Source: Pseudomonadota bacterium (GTDB lineage: Bacteria > Desulfobacterota > Desulfobacteria > Desulfobacterales > JBDRRP01). Taken from it: DNA of 54,565 nucleotides. The stretch covers positions 1-54,565 of the forward strand of contig JBDRRP010000017.1 in NCBI GenBank assembly GCA_043825735.1. Reading direction: 5' to 3'. Below the pieces are notes generated by a model that saw only the letters and a list, made by a program, of their open reading frames with translations, was not told where the DNA came from and did not search any database. The translations under genes and the position numbers were made by a program. Below, piece by piece: positions 37,527-47,951 of this stretch; positions within the stretch are counted from its first letter, which is position 1, and each line of letters begins with the position of its first letter.

Positions 37527-39019
37527 GGCAACCCTCCCAGAAATTGGACGGCAGTGGCGCGGATCATATCGGCCATGACCGAGGGAAACAGTCCGAAGAA
37601 AAGGATCGCCGCAACCAGCATCGCCCGGGGGATGCCGAGAGCGATGGGAATATCGGTGAGATGCGCCCACCGCGGATTTTCCGGGCCAAAGCAGGTACGC
37701 TGTACCACGCGCAGCATGAACAGCGCGCTCACCACCAGGGCGCCGACCGCCAGGGCCCCGTAAAGCGGATAAACGGAAAAAGCGGCCACGAACACGGTCA
37801 GCTCGGCCCAGAAGCTGGCCAGGCACGGCACGCCGATACCCGTGAGTGCGGCGATGACAAAATAGCCGGCGGCCACCGGCATTGTGCGCCCCAGGCCGCC
37901 GAGATCCGCCATCATCTTGGTATGGGTCCTATCGTAGATGTAGCCCACGGCGGAGAAAAAGAGCGCCGTCATCAGGCCGTGGGCGAACATCTGAAACACG
38001 GCGCCGGTCAGCCCGTCCACCGTCCCGGTGGCCAGGCCAAGACCGACAATGCCCATGTGGGACACGCTGGAGTAGCCGATAACGAACTTGAGATCGGTCT
38101 GCCTGAGTCCGACGAAGGCGCCGTAGACGATCCCCACCACGGCCAGCACCGCCATGAGATGGGACCAGTACTGCCAGCCCTCCGGGCACAAAAATATCCC
38201 CACACGCAAAATGCCGAAGGCCCCGATCTTCATAAGCACCCCGGCGTGGACCATGCTGACCGCGGTCGGCGCCGCCCCGTGCCCCACCGGCGACCAGGTG
38301 TGAAAAGGCCACACGGCGGCCAGAATGCCAAAGCCGATATACAGCATCAAAAACGCCAGGCGCTGCTGCGCCGCCGTGAAGGTGCCCGCCTGCATGAGGG
38401 CTGTGACATCGAAGGTGGCGCGCCCGGAATGGGCCACCAGGTAAACGATGGCCGGCAGGATCAGGGCGCTGCCGGCGAGCAGATACAGTGTCAGTTTCAT
38501 GGCACCGTATTCTTTACGGGTGCTGCCCCACACGGCGATGAGCAGATACATGGGAAACAGCGAGATGTCGAACCAGACGAAGATGAAAAAAAGATCCAGG
38601 CTCATGAACATGCCGAACACGCCGGCCACCAGCAAAAACAGGAGGGCAAAGAACTCCTTGACCCGGTGATCGAGTTCCCAGCTGGTCAGAACGGCCGTAA
38701 AAAACACGATGCCGGTCAAAAGCACCATGGGCGTGCTGAATCCGTCGAGGGCATTGAAATAGGAAATGCCCAGGGCGGGAATCCACGCGATGCGTTCGGC
38801 GAACTGGAACCCGCCTAAAGCCTGGTCATAGGCGACAAACACAGTGACCGAAATCAGCAGCGAAAGCCCGGACGCCCATGCGCTGACCCGCTTGATCAGG
38901 TCCTTTCGATCGGCGGGGATGCACAAAATCGCCAGCAGGCCGCCCACACAGCACGCGAGCAGCAGGCTCAAGACCGGGAACGATGCGGGATGAACGGTTA
39001 ATGGCGCCATGATGGTCAC
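37523..39019 (-). CDS. nuoM: NADH-quinone oxidoreductase subunit M
   Basis: WPFHTWSP, HAGVLMKIG, YSSVSHMG, QMFAHG, YDRTHT. Confidence 0.95.
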   Translation of the reverse strand: MTIMAPLTVHPASFPVLSLLLACCVGGLLAILCIPADRKDLIKRVSAWASGLSLLISVTVFVAYDQALGGFQFAERIAWIPALGISYFNALDGFSTPMVLLTGIVFFTAVLTSWELDHRVKEFFALLFLLVAGVFGMFMSLDLFFIFVWFDISLFPMYLLIAVWGSTRKEYGAMKLTLYLLAGSALILPAIVYLVAHSGRATFDVTALMQAGTFTAAQQRLAFLMLYIGFGILAAVWPFHTWSPVGHGAAPTAVSMVHAGVLMKIGAFGILRVGIFLCPEGWQYWSHLMAVLAVVGIVYGAFVGLRQTDLKFVIGYSSVSHMGIVGLGLATGTVDGLTGAVFQMFAHGLMTALFFSAVGYIYDRTHTKMMADLGGLGRTMPVAAGYFVIAALTGIGVPCLASFWAELTVFVAAFSVYPLYGALAVGALVVSALFMLRVVQRTCFGPENPRWAHLTDIPIALGIPRAMLVAAILFFGLFPSVMADMIRATAVQFLGGLP

Positions 39020-40896
39020 AGAAAAAAGTAAAAGGATAATAGGATGACGGCCGCTGCCGCCGCCATCAGTTTGTATTGAATCATCCCCCCGTGAAGGGCC
39101 GAGAGGAAACGGCCGCCGGCCCTGGCTGCAGCGCCGACGCCGTCGACGCCGCCGTCGATGACATGGTTGTCACCAGCGGCAAACAGCCGGGAGATGCCGT
39201 TAATAATCAAATGATCGAGCAGCCACCGGTAGCACCGGTCGATGTACCAGCGCTCGGCAAAGAGCTTTTTAACCACGGGCATTCGTTCGACAAAGCCCAC
39301 CTGTGCGGCGCCGGAGCGGCCAAACTCGAACCAGGCCAGCGCGAGCCCGCCCACGGCGCAGGCAACGGCAACGGCCGGCAGGAAATGGCCGGCGGCAGCG
39401 GGGTGGCCTTCGGCGCCGAAAGACAGAAATCCGCTCAGCCATTCATGGGCCGCACCCAGTAACAGCGTGACCGCCGTCAGGACGATAAGGGGCATTTCCA
39501 TCACCCAATCGCGCGCGCCGTGGTGGCCGTGATCGGCGTCCGGCGTGTCGGCCGGGGGCGCCGCCGTCCGCGGAAACCCCATGATGAAAATCAGGCGAAA
39601 CGTGTAGTAGGCCGTCAAAAACGCGCCGAGGAGACCGGCCGCCAGCCAGAAGGTGCTGCCTTTTCCGGCCAGAGCGCCCATGATGGCCTCCTTGCTGAAA
39701 AAACCGGAGAGCGGGGGCAGCCCGGACAGGGCGCCGGCCCCCACGACCATGCTGATCATGGGCACCCGCATCCGGCGCCCGCCACGGCGGCCGATGTCAA
39801 ACATGTCGTTGGTGCCAAAGGCATGGATAAAGACACCGGCGCACAAAAACAGCAGCGCCTTGAACGCGGCGTGGGTCGTCAGGTGAAACACGCCGGCAGC
39901 GTAGCCCCCGGCAGCCAGCCCCATGATCATGAACCCGAGCTGGCTGATGGTGGAAAAGGCCCACACCTGCTTGATGTCCCGGGCCACCATGGCCATGGTC
40001 GCTGCCAGCAGCATGCTCAGGGTCCCCACCGCGAGCATCAGAGTCATGGCCGCGGGCGAGCGGCTGAAAAACGGAAACAGGCGGGCGAAGAGAAAAACGC
40101 CGGCAGCGACCATGGTCGCCGAATGCAACAGGGCGCTGACCGGCGTGGGGCCCTCCATGGCATCGGGCAGCCAGGTCATGAGGGGAAACTGGGCGCTTTT
40201 GCCGGCAATGCCCCCGAAAATCAGCAGTACCGCCAGGGTGATCGTTCCGGGCGAAAGGCCGGCGGGCGCCGCACCGTTCAGGGAGACGATATCCAGATGC
40301 CCCAGCGGCACCAGCAGCACCAGCAGTCCCAGCAAAAAGGCGACGTCGCCCAGCCGCGTCATCACGAAGGCCTTCTTGCCGGCCGTGCTGGCGCTAAATT
40401 TTTCGAACCAGAAGCCGATCAGAAGATAGGAGGCCACCCCCACCAGCTCCCAGAACACGTAGAGCTGGAGCAGGGTCGGTGAAAGCGTCAGACTGATCAT
40501 GGCCCAGGAAAACAGCGACATGAAACCGTAATAACGCCCGAACCCCGGATCGCCGGCCATGTATCCCAGCGAGTAGATCTGCACCAGCAGGCTGACGGTG
40601 CTCACGATGGTCAGCATCAGCAGGCTGAGCGGGTCGATGAGCACGCCGATGGGCACGGTAAAGCTTCCGGAGCTCATCCAGGAAGCCGTGAAGATCAGAG
40701 GGCGGGCCAGGTGCCGGAAGTGCACGAGCAGCCCCAGCGCACAAACAAAGGAGACGCTCACCGCGCCGATGGACAGCGCGGCGGCCACGCCGGGCCTTTT
40801 GCGGGCGAGCACCATGATCACCAGAAAGCCGGCAAACGGCGCAACGGCCGCTGCGGCCGCTGCCATCAGATAGGGGGTTTGGATTGCGGCGTCCAT
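39016..40896 (-). CDS. nuoL: NADH-quinone oxidoreductase subunit L
   Basis: WELVGVASYLLIGFW, GKSAQFPLMTWLPDAMEGPTPVSALLHSATMV. Confidence 0.96.
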   Translation of the reverse strand: MDAAIQTPYLMAAAAAAVAPFAGFLVIMVLARKRPGVAAALSIGAVSVSFVCALGLLVHFRHLARPLIFTASWMSSGSFTVPIGVLIDPLSLLMLTIVSTVSLLVQIYSLGYMAGDPGFGRYYGFMSLFSWAMISLTLSPTLLQLYVFWELVGVASYLLIGFWFEKFSASTAGKKAFVMTRLGDVAFLLGLLVLLVPLGHLDIVSLNGAAPAGLSPGTITLAVLLIFGGIAGKSAQFPLMTWLPDAMEGPTPVSALLHSATMVAAGVFLFARLFPFFSRSPAAMTLMLAVGTLSMLLAATMAMVARDIKQVWAFSTISQLGFMIMGLAAGGYAAGVFHLTTHAAFKALLFLCAGVFIHAFGTNDMFDIGRRGGRRMRVPMISMVVGAGALSGLPPLSGFFSKEAIMGALAGKGSTFWLAAGLLGAFLTAYYTFRLIFIMGFPRTAAPPADTPDADHGHHGARDWVMEMPLIVLTAVTLLLGAAHEWLSGFLSFGAEGHPAAAGHFLPAVAVACAVGGLALAWFEFGRSGAAQVGFVERMPVVKKLFAERWYIDRCYRWLLDHLIINGISRLFAAGDNHVIDGGVDGVGAAARAGGRFLSALHGGMIQYKLMAAAAAVILLSFYFFL

Positions 40897-40900
40897 CAGC

Positions 40901-41197
40901 TCATTTCCCCAAGGCATCGGGGTCCAGGGTCCCCGTCTGCCGATAGTAGGCCACGATCAGGGCCAGACCGACGGAGACTTCCGCCGCGGCAACGGCCATG
41001 ATGAAGATCACGAACGCCTGGCCCTCCATGTGCTGCCACTTCAACGCGGCCGCCACCAGAACGATGGACGCGGCGTTGATCATGATTTCAAAGCCCAGCA
41101 CCATCATGATCAGGCTTCGGCGGGTCACGGCGCAAAAGAGCCCCATGAGAAACAGGATTCCCGCCAGTATGACGGCATGCTCGAAGGCTGCGATCAT
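40901..41197 (-). CDS. nuoK: NADH-quinone oxidoreductase subunit K
   Basis: FEIMINAA, AAAEVSVGLAL. Confidence 0.95.
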   Translation of the reverse strand: MIAAFEHAVILAGILFLMGLFCAVTRRSLIMMVLGFEIMINAASIVLVAAALKWQHMEGQAFVIFIMAVAAAEVSVGLALIVAYYRQTGTLDPDALGK

Positions 41198-41721
41198 GGG
41201 ATATCCTCATTGGACGCCTGGCCGCCGGAGTTGCCCGGACCGCCGATGATCATGGCGCCCACCAATGCGACCAGCAGCAGCAACGATGCGAGCTCGACGC
41301 TCAGCAGGTGCCGGTTGAAAAGATAAAAACCCAGCATTGCCGGCCGGGCGAAGGCCGGCTGCAGCGCGGCGGCGCTCGCCGGATCGGTGATCAGCGCCAG
41401 CGCGCCCACGAGCAGATAGGCGACGCTCACCGCCACGGCAGGCACCAGCTGGGGCCGTGAAATCAAGCGGCCGGCCGCCGGGTCCGATCGCATCATCATG
41501 ACGATGAACAAGAACAGCACCATAATGGCGCCGGCGTAGATGATCACTTCGAAGGCCGCCAAAAGGGGCGCGCCCAGAAGATAAAACAGCAGCGCGGTGC
41601 CGAAAAAGGAGACGACCAGATAGATGACGGCATGGACCGGATCCCGGCGGGTGACGGCCATTGCCGTCGATGCCAGAATACCGGCGGCCAGGGTGTAGAA
41701 CATGATTGAAAGCACTGTCAC
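41194..41721 (-). CDS. nuoJ: NADH-quinone oxidoreductase subunit J
   Basis: PVHAVIYL, IIYAGAIMVLFLF, ELASLLLLVALVGA. Confidence 0.95.
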   Translation of the reverse strand: MTVLSIMFYTLAAGILASTAMAVTRRDPVHAVIYLVVSFFGTALLFYLLGAPLLAAFEVIIYAGAIMVLFLFIVMMMRSDPAAGRLISRPQLVPAVAVSVAYLLVGALALITDPASAAALQPAFARPAMLGFYLFNRHLLSVELASLLLLVALVGAMIIGGPGNSGGQASNEDIP

Positions 41722-41729
41722 GGGTCGCC

Positions 41730-42293
41730 TCAGGGCAGATTGCTCTTGACGTTGACCGGCGCCGACTCGCGCGCGTGCGCGCCCTTGTCGCCGGCGGGGG
41801 AAGTCACCCCGGCATGCCGGTAGAAATTATAATCAGGGTCCTTGCCGCAGTGATCCACCAGAAGGTCTTCCTTTTCAAAAACCATCGACAGAATGTCCCG
41901 GCGGCAGTTTTCAAAATCGGGGGTGAGTTGGATGGCCGACGTGGGGCAGGCCTCCTCGCACAGACCGCAGTAGATGCAGCGGCCGAAATTGATGCGAAAC
42001 CAGGCGGCGTACCGGCGGCCGTCCGCACGCGCGGCCGACTGCATGGAAATGCAGCTCACCGGACACACCGCCGAGCACAGGTAGCACGCCACGCAACGCT
42101 CGTCGCCGCCCGGGTCCCGGGTGAGCACGATCCGCGCGCGGGAGCGCTCCGGCAGGGGGCGCTTGTACTCCGGGTACTGCTCGGTGATGGGCCTGCGGAA
42201 AAGGTGCCGCAGCGTGGTGGCAAAACCGCCGGCCATCGCGCCGGCCGCCTCTGCCACCGCGTCCATCCAGGATTGATCGCGCGCTCGGGTCAT
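41730..42293 (-). CDS. nuoI: NADH-quinone oxidoreductase subunit I
   Basis: [33 protein letters not shown] overlaps the nuoH stop. Confidence 0.96.
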   Translation of the reverse strand: MTRARDQSWMDAVAEAAGAMAGGFATTLRHLFRRPITEQYPEYKRPLPERSRARIVLTRDPGGDERCVACYLCSAVCPVSCISMQSAARADGRRYAAWFRINFGRCIYCGLCEEACPTSAIQLTPDFENCRRDILSMVFEKEDLLVDHCGKDPDYNFYRHAGVTSPAGDKGAHARESAPVNVKSNLP

Positions 42294-43276
42294 ATCAGAA
42301 TCAACGCTCCGGTAATGACGATGTTGACAAGGGCCACCGGCACCAGCACTTTCCAGCCCAGGGCCATGAGCTGATCGTAGCGCAGCCGGGGCAGGGTCCC
42401 CCGGATCCAGATCATCACCAGGGCCACGGCGATCACCTTGATCAGCAGCCAGACGGGGCCGGGCAGCAGCGGCCCGTGCCAGCCGCCTAGAAAAAAGACC
42501 GCCACCAGAGCACCCAGCACCTGGATGTGCACGTACTCGCCGATGAAAAACAGACCAAAACGCATGCCGCTGTACTCGGTGTGAAACCCGGCCCCAAGCT
42601 CGTTTTCCGCCTCCGGCAGATCGAAGGGGATGCGCTTGCTCTCGGCCATGGCGCTGATGACGAAAATGACGAATGACACCGGCTGGACCAGGATGAACGG
42701 CAGGCGCGCCTGGGCAGTGACGATGTCCACCAGGCTGAAGGATCCGGCCAGCATGACGATGGGCACCAGGGAAAGCCCCAGGGACAGCTCGTAGCTGATC
42801 ATCTGCGCCGCCCCCCGGATGCCGCCCAGCAGGCTGTATTTGGAATTGGAGGCCCACCCGCCCAGGGCCACCCCGTAGATCCCCAGTGAGGACATGGCAA
42901 AGACAAACAGCAGTCCCACGTTGATGTCGGAGATGACCATGGGTATCCGCTGACCCCGGATGGTCAGATCGGGCCCGAAGGGCACCACGGCGAACATGAG
43001 CAGCGCCGTGACCGCCACGACCGCCGGTGCCAGCAGAAAAATGACGCGGTCGGCCGCCGCCGGAACGATATCCTCCTTGGTGAGCATCTTGAGCGCGTCG
43101 GCCACCGGCTGCAGCAATCCGAAGATCCCGGCCCGGTTGGGGCCGAGTCGGATCTGGAGCCGCGCCAGGAGTTTTCGCTCCGCCCAGACCAGGTAGGCCG
43201 CCAGAAACAGCAGACAACCCAGGACCACACCGAGCTTGATAAGCAGCACCCCGAAGCCGATCAGCCAAACCGTCAT
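42290..43276 (-). CDS. nuoH: NADH-quinone oxidoreductase subunit H
   Basis: [48 protein letters not shown]. Confidence 0.97.
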   Translation of the reverse strand: MTVWLIGFGVLLIKLGVVLGCLLFLAAYLVWAERKLLARLQIRLGPNRAGIFGLLQPVADALKMLTKEDIVPAAADRVIFLLAPAVVAVTALLMFAVVPFGPDLTIRGQRIPMVISDINVGLLFVFAMSSLGIYGVALGGWASNSKYSLLGGIRGAAQMISYELSLGLSLVPIVMLAGSFSLVDIVTAQARLPFILVQPVSFVIFVISAMAESKRIPFDLPEAENELGAGFHTEYSGMRFGLFFIGEYVHIQVLGALVAVFFLGGWHGPLLPGPVWLLIKVIAVALVMIWIRGTLPRLRYDQLMALGWKVLVPVALVNIVITGALILI

Positions 43277-45699
43277 GGGGCGCCCCCTTCCGCGATTCGG
43301 ATGCCACCGGTGTCAATGGTCGTGCGCAGGCCCGCCAGATGCTGCCAATCGAACCCGCGAAGCCGGGGCACCACGATCACGCCCCGTGCCATCCGCTCAG
43401 AGATGGCAAGCTTCGCCGTGATATCGCCCAGCCCGGTTGCAATGGTCACCCGCCGCGCCCCGGCGAGTCCCAGGTCAGCCACATCCGCCGGATGCATGAG
43501 AATGCACGGATCCGGCACCAGTTCCCGTAGCGGGGCGGACCGGCCGGAAAGCGCCTCGGTGCCGAAAACGTGTTCCACGGCCAGCAGCACGAATTGCCCT
43601 GCCGTCGTCGCTGCCGGCGCTTCCCCGGGATGGTCGGCGGCGGGGTTCACCAACCCGCAAACCCCGGTGTCCGGCGTGAGCGCCGCTTCTGCGGCCAGGG
43701 CGAAGAGCGGATGCAGGGCCCGCGGCCACGAGAAGCCCTCCGGCAGGACGCCCCCGGCGGCCAGGGCCGCCAGGATCTGCCAGGCCGGCGCCGGATCGGT
43801 GCCGGGCGCGGCCGGGCGGAACACCCTCGGCGGATGCGCGCCGCCGGTCTCCTGACTGGCGGGCAGCCCGCCGCCAAAGGCCGCCGACGCCCGCTGGAGC
43901 CGGCCCGCCGTGTTCATGAAGGTGCCTCCGGTCTCAAAAACCGTGGTGGTGGGTAGAAAGACCGTTGCCGCATCGCCGGCCGCGGTGGCAAGACAGTCCA
44001 AGACGATGAGCGCCTCGAGTCGCTCAAGGCAGCGGGCCAGTCGCTGGCGGTGGGGATAGTCGTCATACGGATCGCTTTCCACCAGCACCAGCGCGCGCAC
44101 GGCCCCGCTTTCGATATCGTCCAGCACCTGGTCCAGACCTTCCGGCGCGCCGGCGACCATGGCTCCGGCCAACGCGTTGGCCCCGGGCAGGATGAAAAAA
44201 AGCCCCGGACGGCGCTCGCCCCCGGCCATGGCATCGGCCCAGTCGGCCGCTTGGTGGATGAGACCGGCATCGGCCAGTCCGGTGCCGCACACCATCACGG
44301 GCCGGCGGCAGGCACCCAGGCGTTCGGCCACCGGGGCCAGAAGCGCGGCCAGCGCCGATGTCGCGCCATCCTCGGTCGGGGTATCCGCGGCAGGCGCCGT
44401 GAGTCGCGCAACGCAGCGGTGCAGGTCCTCTGGGGGCATCGGGAGAATTTCTGCTGCAAACGGCAGCCGAACCGCCCTGGGATCAATGACCGTCACCCAC
44501 GCCCCGGCCCGCCAGGCCTGTCTCAAGGCCAGCGCCAGCATGGGCGCCTCGTTGACCGGGTCGGCGCCCACCACCACGATCCCGTCGGCCGCGGCCAGAT
44601 CGGCCATGGAGACCGCCCGATCCTCACGCAGACGGCAGGCCACCGCCGCTGCGGCGGCGGCCTGCGCGCTGGTGGCGTGAAATACCGGTGGGCGATAGCC
44701 CATGGCGCGACACAGGTCCGCCGTTGCCGCCACCGTTTCCAGGCTGCTGCGGCCGGCGCCGGCCACGGCCACGGCGGCCGCACCCCACTTCACTGCGATC
44801 CCCGCCAGGATCTTCACAGCGTCGCCAACGGCGCTCGACACAGCGATGGGGTGCCCGTGGACCAGGGCCTGCCGCGGGCGATCCGGGGCCGAAGCATAGG
44901 CGGCCCCGTAGCGGCCCCGATCGCAGATGAAGTGCCCGTTCACGGCGGCGCTGTGGCGCGCCTCCAGCCGGATCACCTCCCGGTACCGAACGCTCACCGT
45001 CGTGTGGCAGCCCAGCGCGCAGTTGAGGCAGATGGACGGGCGGCGCTCGAGGTCCCAGCGGCGGCCCTTGTATCGGCTCGGCCGGTCGGTGTAGACGCCG
45101 GTGGGACAGATGTCGACCAGGTTTCCTGCAAAGGGGCTTTCCAGCGCACCGTCGCGGCGCCGGCCGAAATAGACCCGCGCGCCGATGCCCATGACGCCCA
45201 GATCGTCGCAACCCGCAAATTCCCGGTAGTAGCGCGTGCACCGGTAGCACTGGATGCAGCGGTTCATCTCGTGGGCCACCAGTGGGCCCAGGTCCTGGTC
45301 GCAGTGGGTCCTTTTGAGCCCCTCGTAGCGCCGGATGCCGTGACCGCCGGAAACGGTCATATCCTGCAGCAGGCAGTGCCCGCCTTCGTCGCAGACCGGG
45401 CAGTCGTGGGGATGATTGACCATGAGCCACTCGATGACTTGCCGGCGAAAGTCCACGGCCTCCTTATCCGTGGTAGAAACCACCATGCCCTCTCGGGCCG
45501 CCACCATGCAGCTCATCTGAATGCCCTTCACCGGCCCGTCGAGAAACATCACCGCGCACACCCGGCACGCCCCCACCGATCCCAGGGCCGGGTGGTAACA
45601 GAACCGGGGGATCATGATGCCCAGTGCGGCGGCGGCATCGATCACCGGAGTTCCATCGGGAACTGAAATTTCCCGTTTATCGATGATCAGCTTCGGCAT
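43273..45699 (-). CDS. nuoG: NADH-quinone oxidoreductase subunit G
   Basis: [45 protein letters not shown]. Confidence 0.96.
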   Translation of the reverse strand: MPKLIIDKREISVPDGTPVIDAAAALGIMIPRFCYHPALGSVGACRVCAVMFLDGPVKGIQMSCMVAAREGMVVSTTDKEAVDFRRQVIEWLMVNHPHDCPVCDEGGHCLLQDMTVSGGHGIRRYEGLKRTHCDQDLGPLVAHEMNRCIQCYRCTRYYREFAGCDDLGVMGIGARVYFGRRRDGALESPFAGNLVDICPTGVYTDRPSRYKGRRWDLERRPSICLNCALGCHTTVSVRYREVIRLEARHSAAVNGHFICDRGRYGAAYASAPDRPRQALVHGHPIAVSSAVGDAVKILAGIAVKWGAAAVAVAGAGRSSLETVAATADLCRAMGYRPPVFHATSAQAAAAAAVACRLREDRAVSMADLAAADGIVVVGADPVNEAPMLALALRQAWRAGAWVTVIDPRAVRLPFAAEILPMPPEDLHRCVARLTAPAADTPTEDGATSALAALLAPVAERLGACRRPVMVCGTGLADAGLIHQAADWADAMAGGERRPGLFFILPGANALAGAMVAGAPEGLDQVLDDIESGAVRALVLVESDPYDDYPHRQRLARCLERLEALIVLDCLATAAGDAATVFLPTTTVFETGGTFMNTAGRLQRASAAFGGGLPASQETGGAHPPRVFRPAAPGTDPAPAWQILAALAAGGVLPEGFSWPRALHPLFALAAEAALTPDTGVCGLVNPAADHPGEAPAATTAGQFVLLAVEHVFGTEALSGRSAPLRELVPDPCILMHPADVADLGLAGARRVTIATGLGDITAKLAISERMARGVIVVPRLRGFDWQHLAGLRTTIDTGGIRIAEGGAP

Positions 45700-45702
45700 G
45701 GT

Positions 45703-46983
45703 TCATCTCTCACCGGCGCGCGGCAGCGGACAGCGGCCGAGGGTGATGTGCGCCATGATCTCGTCCTTGTAAAGGGCCAACAGGCTCTGCACCGGTGCGG
45801 CCGCCCCGGGCGCAAACGCGCAGTAGGCGCGCCACAGGTGCCGGGCCATGGTCTCGATCATCTCGATGTGCTCGGGCCTGCCCCGGCCGGTTTCGATCCG
45901 CCACAACAGATCCCGGATGACCGGAATCCCTTCCCGGCAGGGGGTACACCACCCGCACGATTCTCTGGCGAAAAACGTCATGAGGTTGAGCGTGGCCGCC
46001 ACCAGGCAGTCCCGTTCGTCAAACACCATGATGGCCGCCGTGCCCAGCCGGTTGCCCGCCGCCTTGAGGCTGTCGTAGTCCATGGCGATGTCGATATGCT
46101 CTGCGGGCAAAAACCCGGTGGAGGCGCCCCCCGGCAGGCAGGCCTTGAATGGGGCCCCGCCGCGCATGCCCCCGGCATGGGTCTCGATGATCTCCCTCAA
46201 CCGGGTTCCCATGGGCAGCTCGTAGCAGCCCGGCCGGTTGACCCGACCGCTCACGCCGTAAAGCTTGGTCCCGGCCCCGGCGGCCGTAAACGACAGGGAT
46301 TTGAACCACTGGGCCCCGTTGCGGACGATGTGGGGCACGCAGCAGAGCGTTTCCACGTTGTGGAGCACCGTCGGCCGGTCCCAGAGCCCTTTTTCGGTAG
46401 GATACGGCGGGGGCTGCTTGGGGTTGGGCCGGCGCCCCATGAGGGCGTTGAGCTGGGCGGTGACCTCACCGCAGATATAGCGCCCGCCGCTGCGGTGCAC
46501 GATGAGATGAAAATCGAATCCGCTGCCGAGGATGTTGTCTCCCAGGTAACCGGCCGCCTGGGCAATGCCGATCTCACGCTCCAGGATGCGTGCGGCGCTT
46601 TCGTATTCGGGCCGGATGAAAATGATGCCGTGGGCCGCCTGGATCGCCCGGGCCGTGATCGCCATGCCTTCGATGAGCTGGTGGGGGTCGGCGTGGATCA
46701 GCACCCGGTCCTTGAAGGTGCCCGGCTCCATCTCGTCGGCGTTACAGACCAGGTAGCGCGGATGCGGCGCGTCCTCGGCAACGGTACCCCATTTCACCCC
46801 CGCGGGAAAGGCGGCGCCGCCGCGGCCCAGCAGCAGCGCATCGGCGACCGTTTGCCGAACGATCGCCGGCGATGCGCTGGCCAGTACCTGCGCGAGCGCC
46901 ACGTAACCGCCGCTGTGGCGGTATTCGTCCAGCGTGGCGATGCGCTCGGGCTGACGGTTCTGTAACAGGACCGGTGGCGTCAT
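45703..46983 (-). CDS. nuoF: NADH-quinone oxidoreductase subunit F
   Basis: GRGGAAFPAG, NADEMEPGTFKDR, YICGE, ESCGWCTPCREG. Confidence 0.97.
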   Translation of the reverse strand: MTPPVLLQNRQPERIATLDEYRHSGGYVALAQVLASASPAIVRQTVADALLLGRGGAAFPAGVKWGTVAEDAPHPRYLVCNADEMEPGTFKDRVLIHADPHQLIEGMAITARAIQAAHGIIFIRPEYESAARILEREIGIAQAAGYLGDNILGSGFDFHLIVHRSGGRYICGEVTAQLNALMGRRPNPKQPPPYPTEKGLWDRPTVLHNVETLCCVPHIVRNGAQWFKSLSFTAAGAGTKLYGVSGRVNRPGCYELPMGTRLREIIETHAGGMRGGAPFKACLPGGASTGFLPAEHIDIAMDYDSLKAAGNRLGTAAIMVFDERDCLVAATLNLMTFFARESCGWCTPCREGIPVIRDLLWRIETGRGRPEHIEMIETMARHLWRAYCAFAPGAAAPVQSLLALYKDEIMAHITLGRCPLPRAGER

Positions 46984-47483
46984 GGGTGCGGGGCCTTTTT
47001 ATCGAGTGAAGCGTTTCGGGCGCGCAGCCCGCCGATGATCTCGTCTACGGTCGCGGGTGTCAGCGGTCCGTAAGCCTTGCGGTTGATCAGCATGGCCGGG
47101 GCGCGGTCGCAGTAGCCGATGCAGCAGACCGGCAGCAGGGTGAACAGCCCGTCCGGCGTGGTCTCACCGGGAGCGATTCCGAGCGTTTTCGAAAGATGGG
47201 CCAACAGCGTGTCGCCGCCGTCCATCACGCACACCAGGCTGTCGCAGACATGGATCACATAAGCGCCCACCGGCTCCCGGTAGATGAACGTGTAAAACGT
47301 CGCCAGCTCTTCGATCTCCATGGGCGTCATGCCCAGCAGCGCGGCCGCATCGGCCACGGCGGCATCGCTCAGATAACCGTAGTGGTCCTGAAGCGCGAAC
47401 ATGACGTCCACGGCCAGCTCCCGCGGATGGTCGGTGGCGGCGATGTCGCGCATGAGTTTGTCGTTGAGTTCGGCTGGCAGCAT
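46980..47483 (-). CDS. nuoE: NADH-quinone oxidoreductase subunit E
   Basis: ATFY, VCDSLVC, CCIGYCDRAP. ATG 47483 preferred; the frame is open up to ATG 47546. Confidence 0.95.
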   Translation of the reverse strand: MLPAELNDKLMRDIAATDHPRELAVDVMFALQDHYGYLSDAAVADAAALLGMTPMEIEELATFYTFIYREPVGAYVIHVCDSLVCVMDGGDTLLAHLSKTLGIAPGETTPDGLFTLLPVCCIGYCDRAPAMLINRKAYGPLTPATVDEIIGGLRARNASLDKKAPHP

Positions 47484-47532
47484 GGTCTCAGGCGGTCCAT
47501 TTAGGGTCAAAAGCGCAGCATGCTTATGGCCG

Positions 47533-47874
47533 TTATTGGAAATCATCGGGATCCAAATCGCTATCGCTATCGGGATCGAATCCTGCTGTTTCGTAAGGCG
47601 CGATATCTTCCCGGACGCAATAACCTCTTCCGCCTAATCGGCTAAGCATCGCAGCCATCCGATCCAATTCCTGCTTCCGCATTAGGCTCTCTTCGCCGTC
47701 AAGCGCTTTCCCGTTGCCTTCTGCGATATTCAGCGGAATCGATTGGCTGGCTTTAAGCCACTGGTCTCTTGCATGTCGATGGGTTCCGGTGAGTCCATCG
47801 CATTTTTCAAATACCCAGGCGACATAGGCAATCGAAAGTTGATAAACGTCTAATTTTTCGTGCCCAAGTGCCAT
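47533..47874 (-). pseudogene. Four-helix-bundle (23S rRNA IVP-like) protein, apparently with an in-frame internal deletion
   Basis: HEKLDVYQLS, RDQWLKASQSIPLNIAEGNGK, then directly ALDGEES. The family's ARGS..E helix is absent. Confidence 0.75.
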
Positions 47875-47941
47875 GGTTTTTCGATTTCGATCCCGATAGC
47901 GATCCCGATAGCGATCCCGATAGCGATCCCGATAGCGATTT
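47539..47941. mobile_element. Hexamer-arm insertion carrying the four-helix-bundle gene inside the nuo operon
   Basis: Left arm AAATCG-CTATCG-CTATCG-GGATCG (47555-47578); right arm TCGATTTC(GATCCCGATAGC)x4 GATTT (47881-47941). The arms are complementary and sit between nuoBCD and nuoE. Confidence 0.65.
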
Positions 47942-47951
47942 AAATCATCTT

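Noticed and set aside
41730..43316. 528-aa ORF as an extended NuoI
   Set aside because: The upstream part overlaps nuoH out of frame; the real start is the ATG at 42293.
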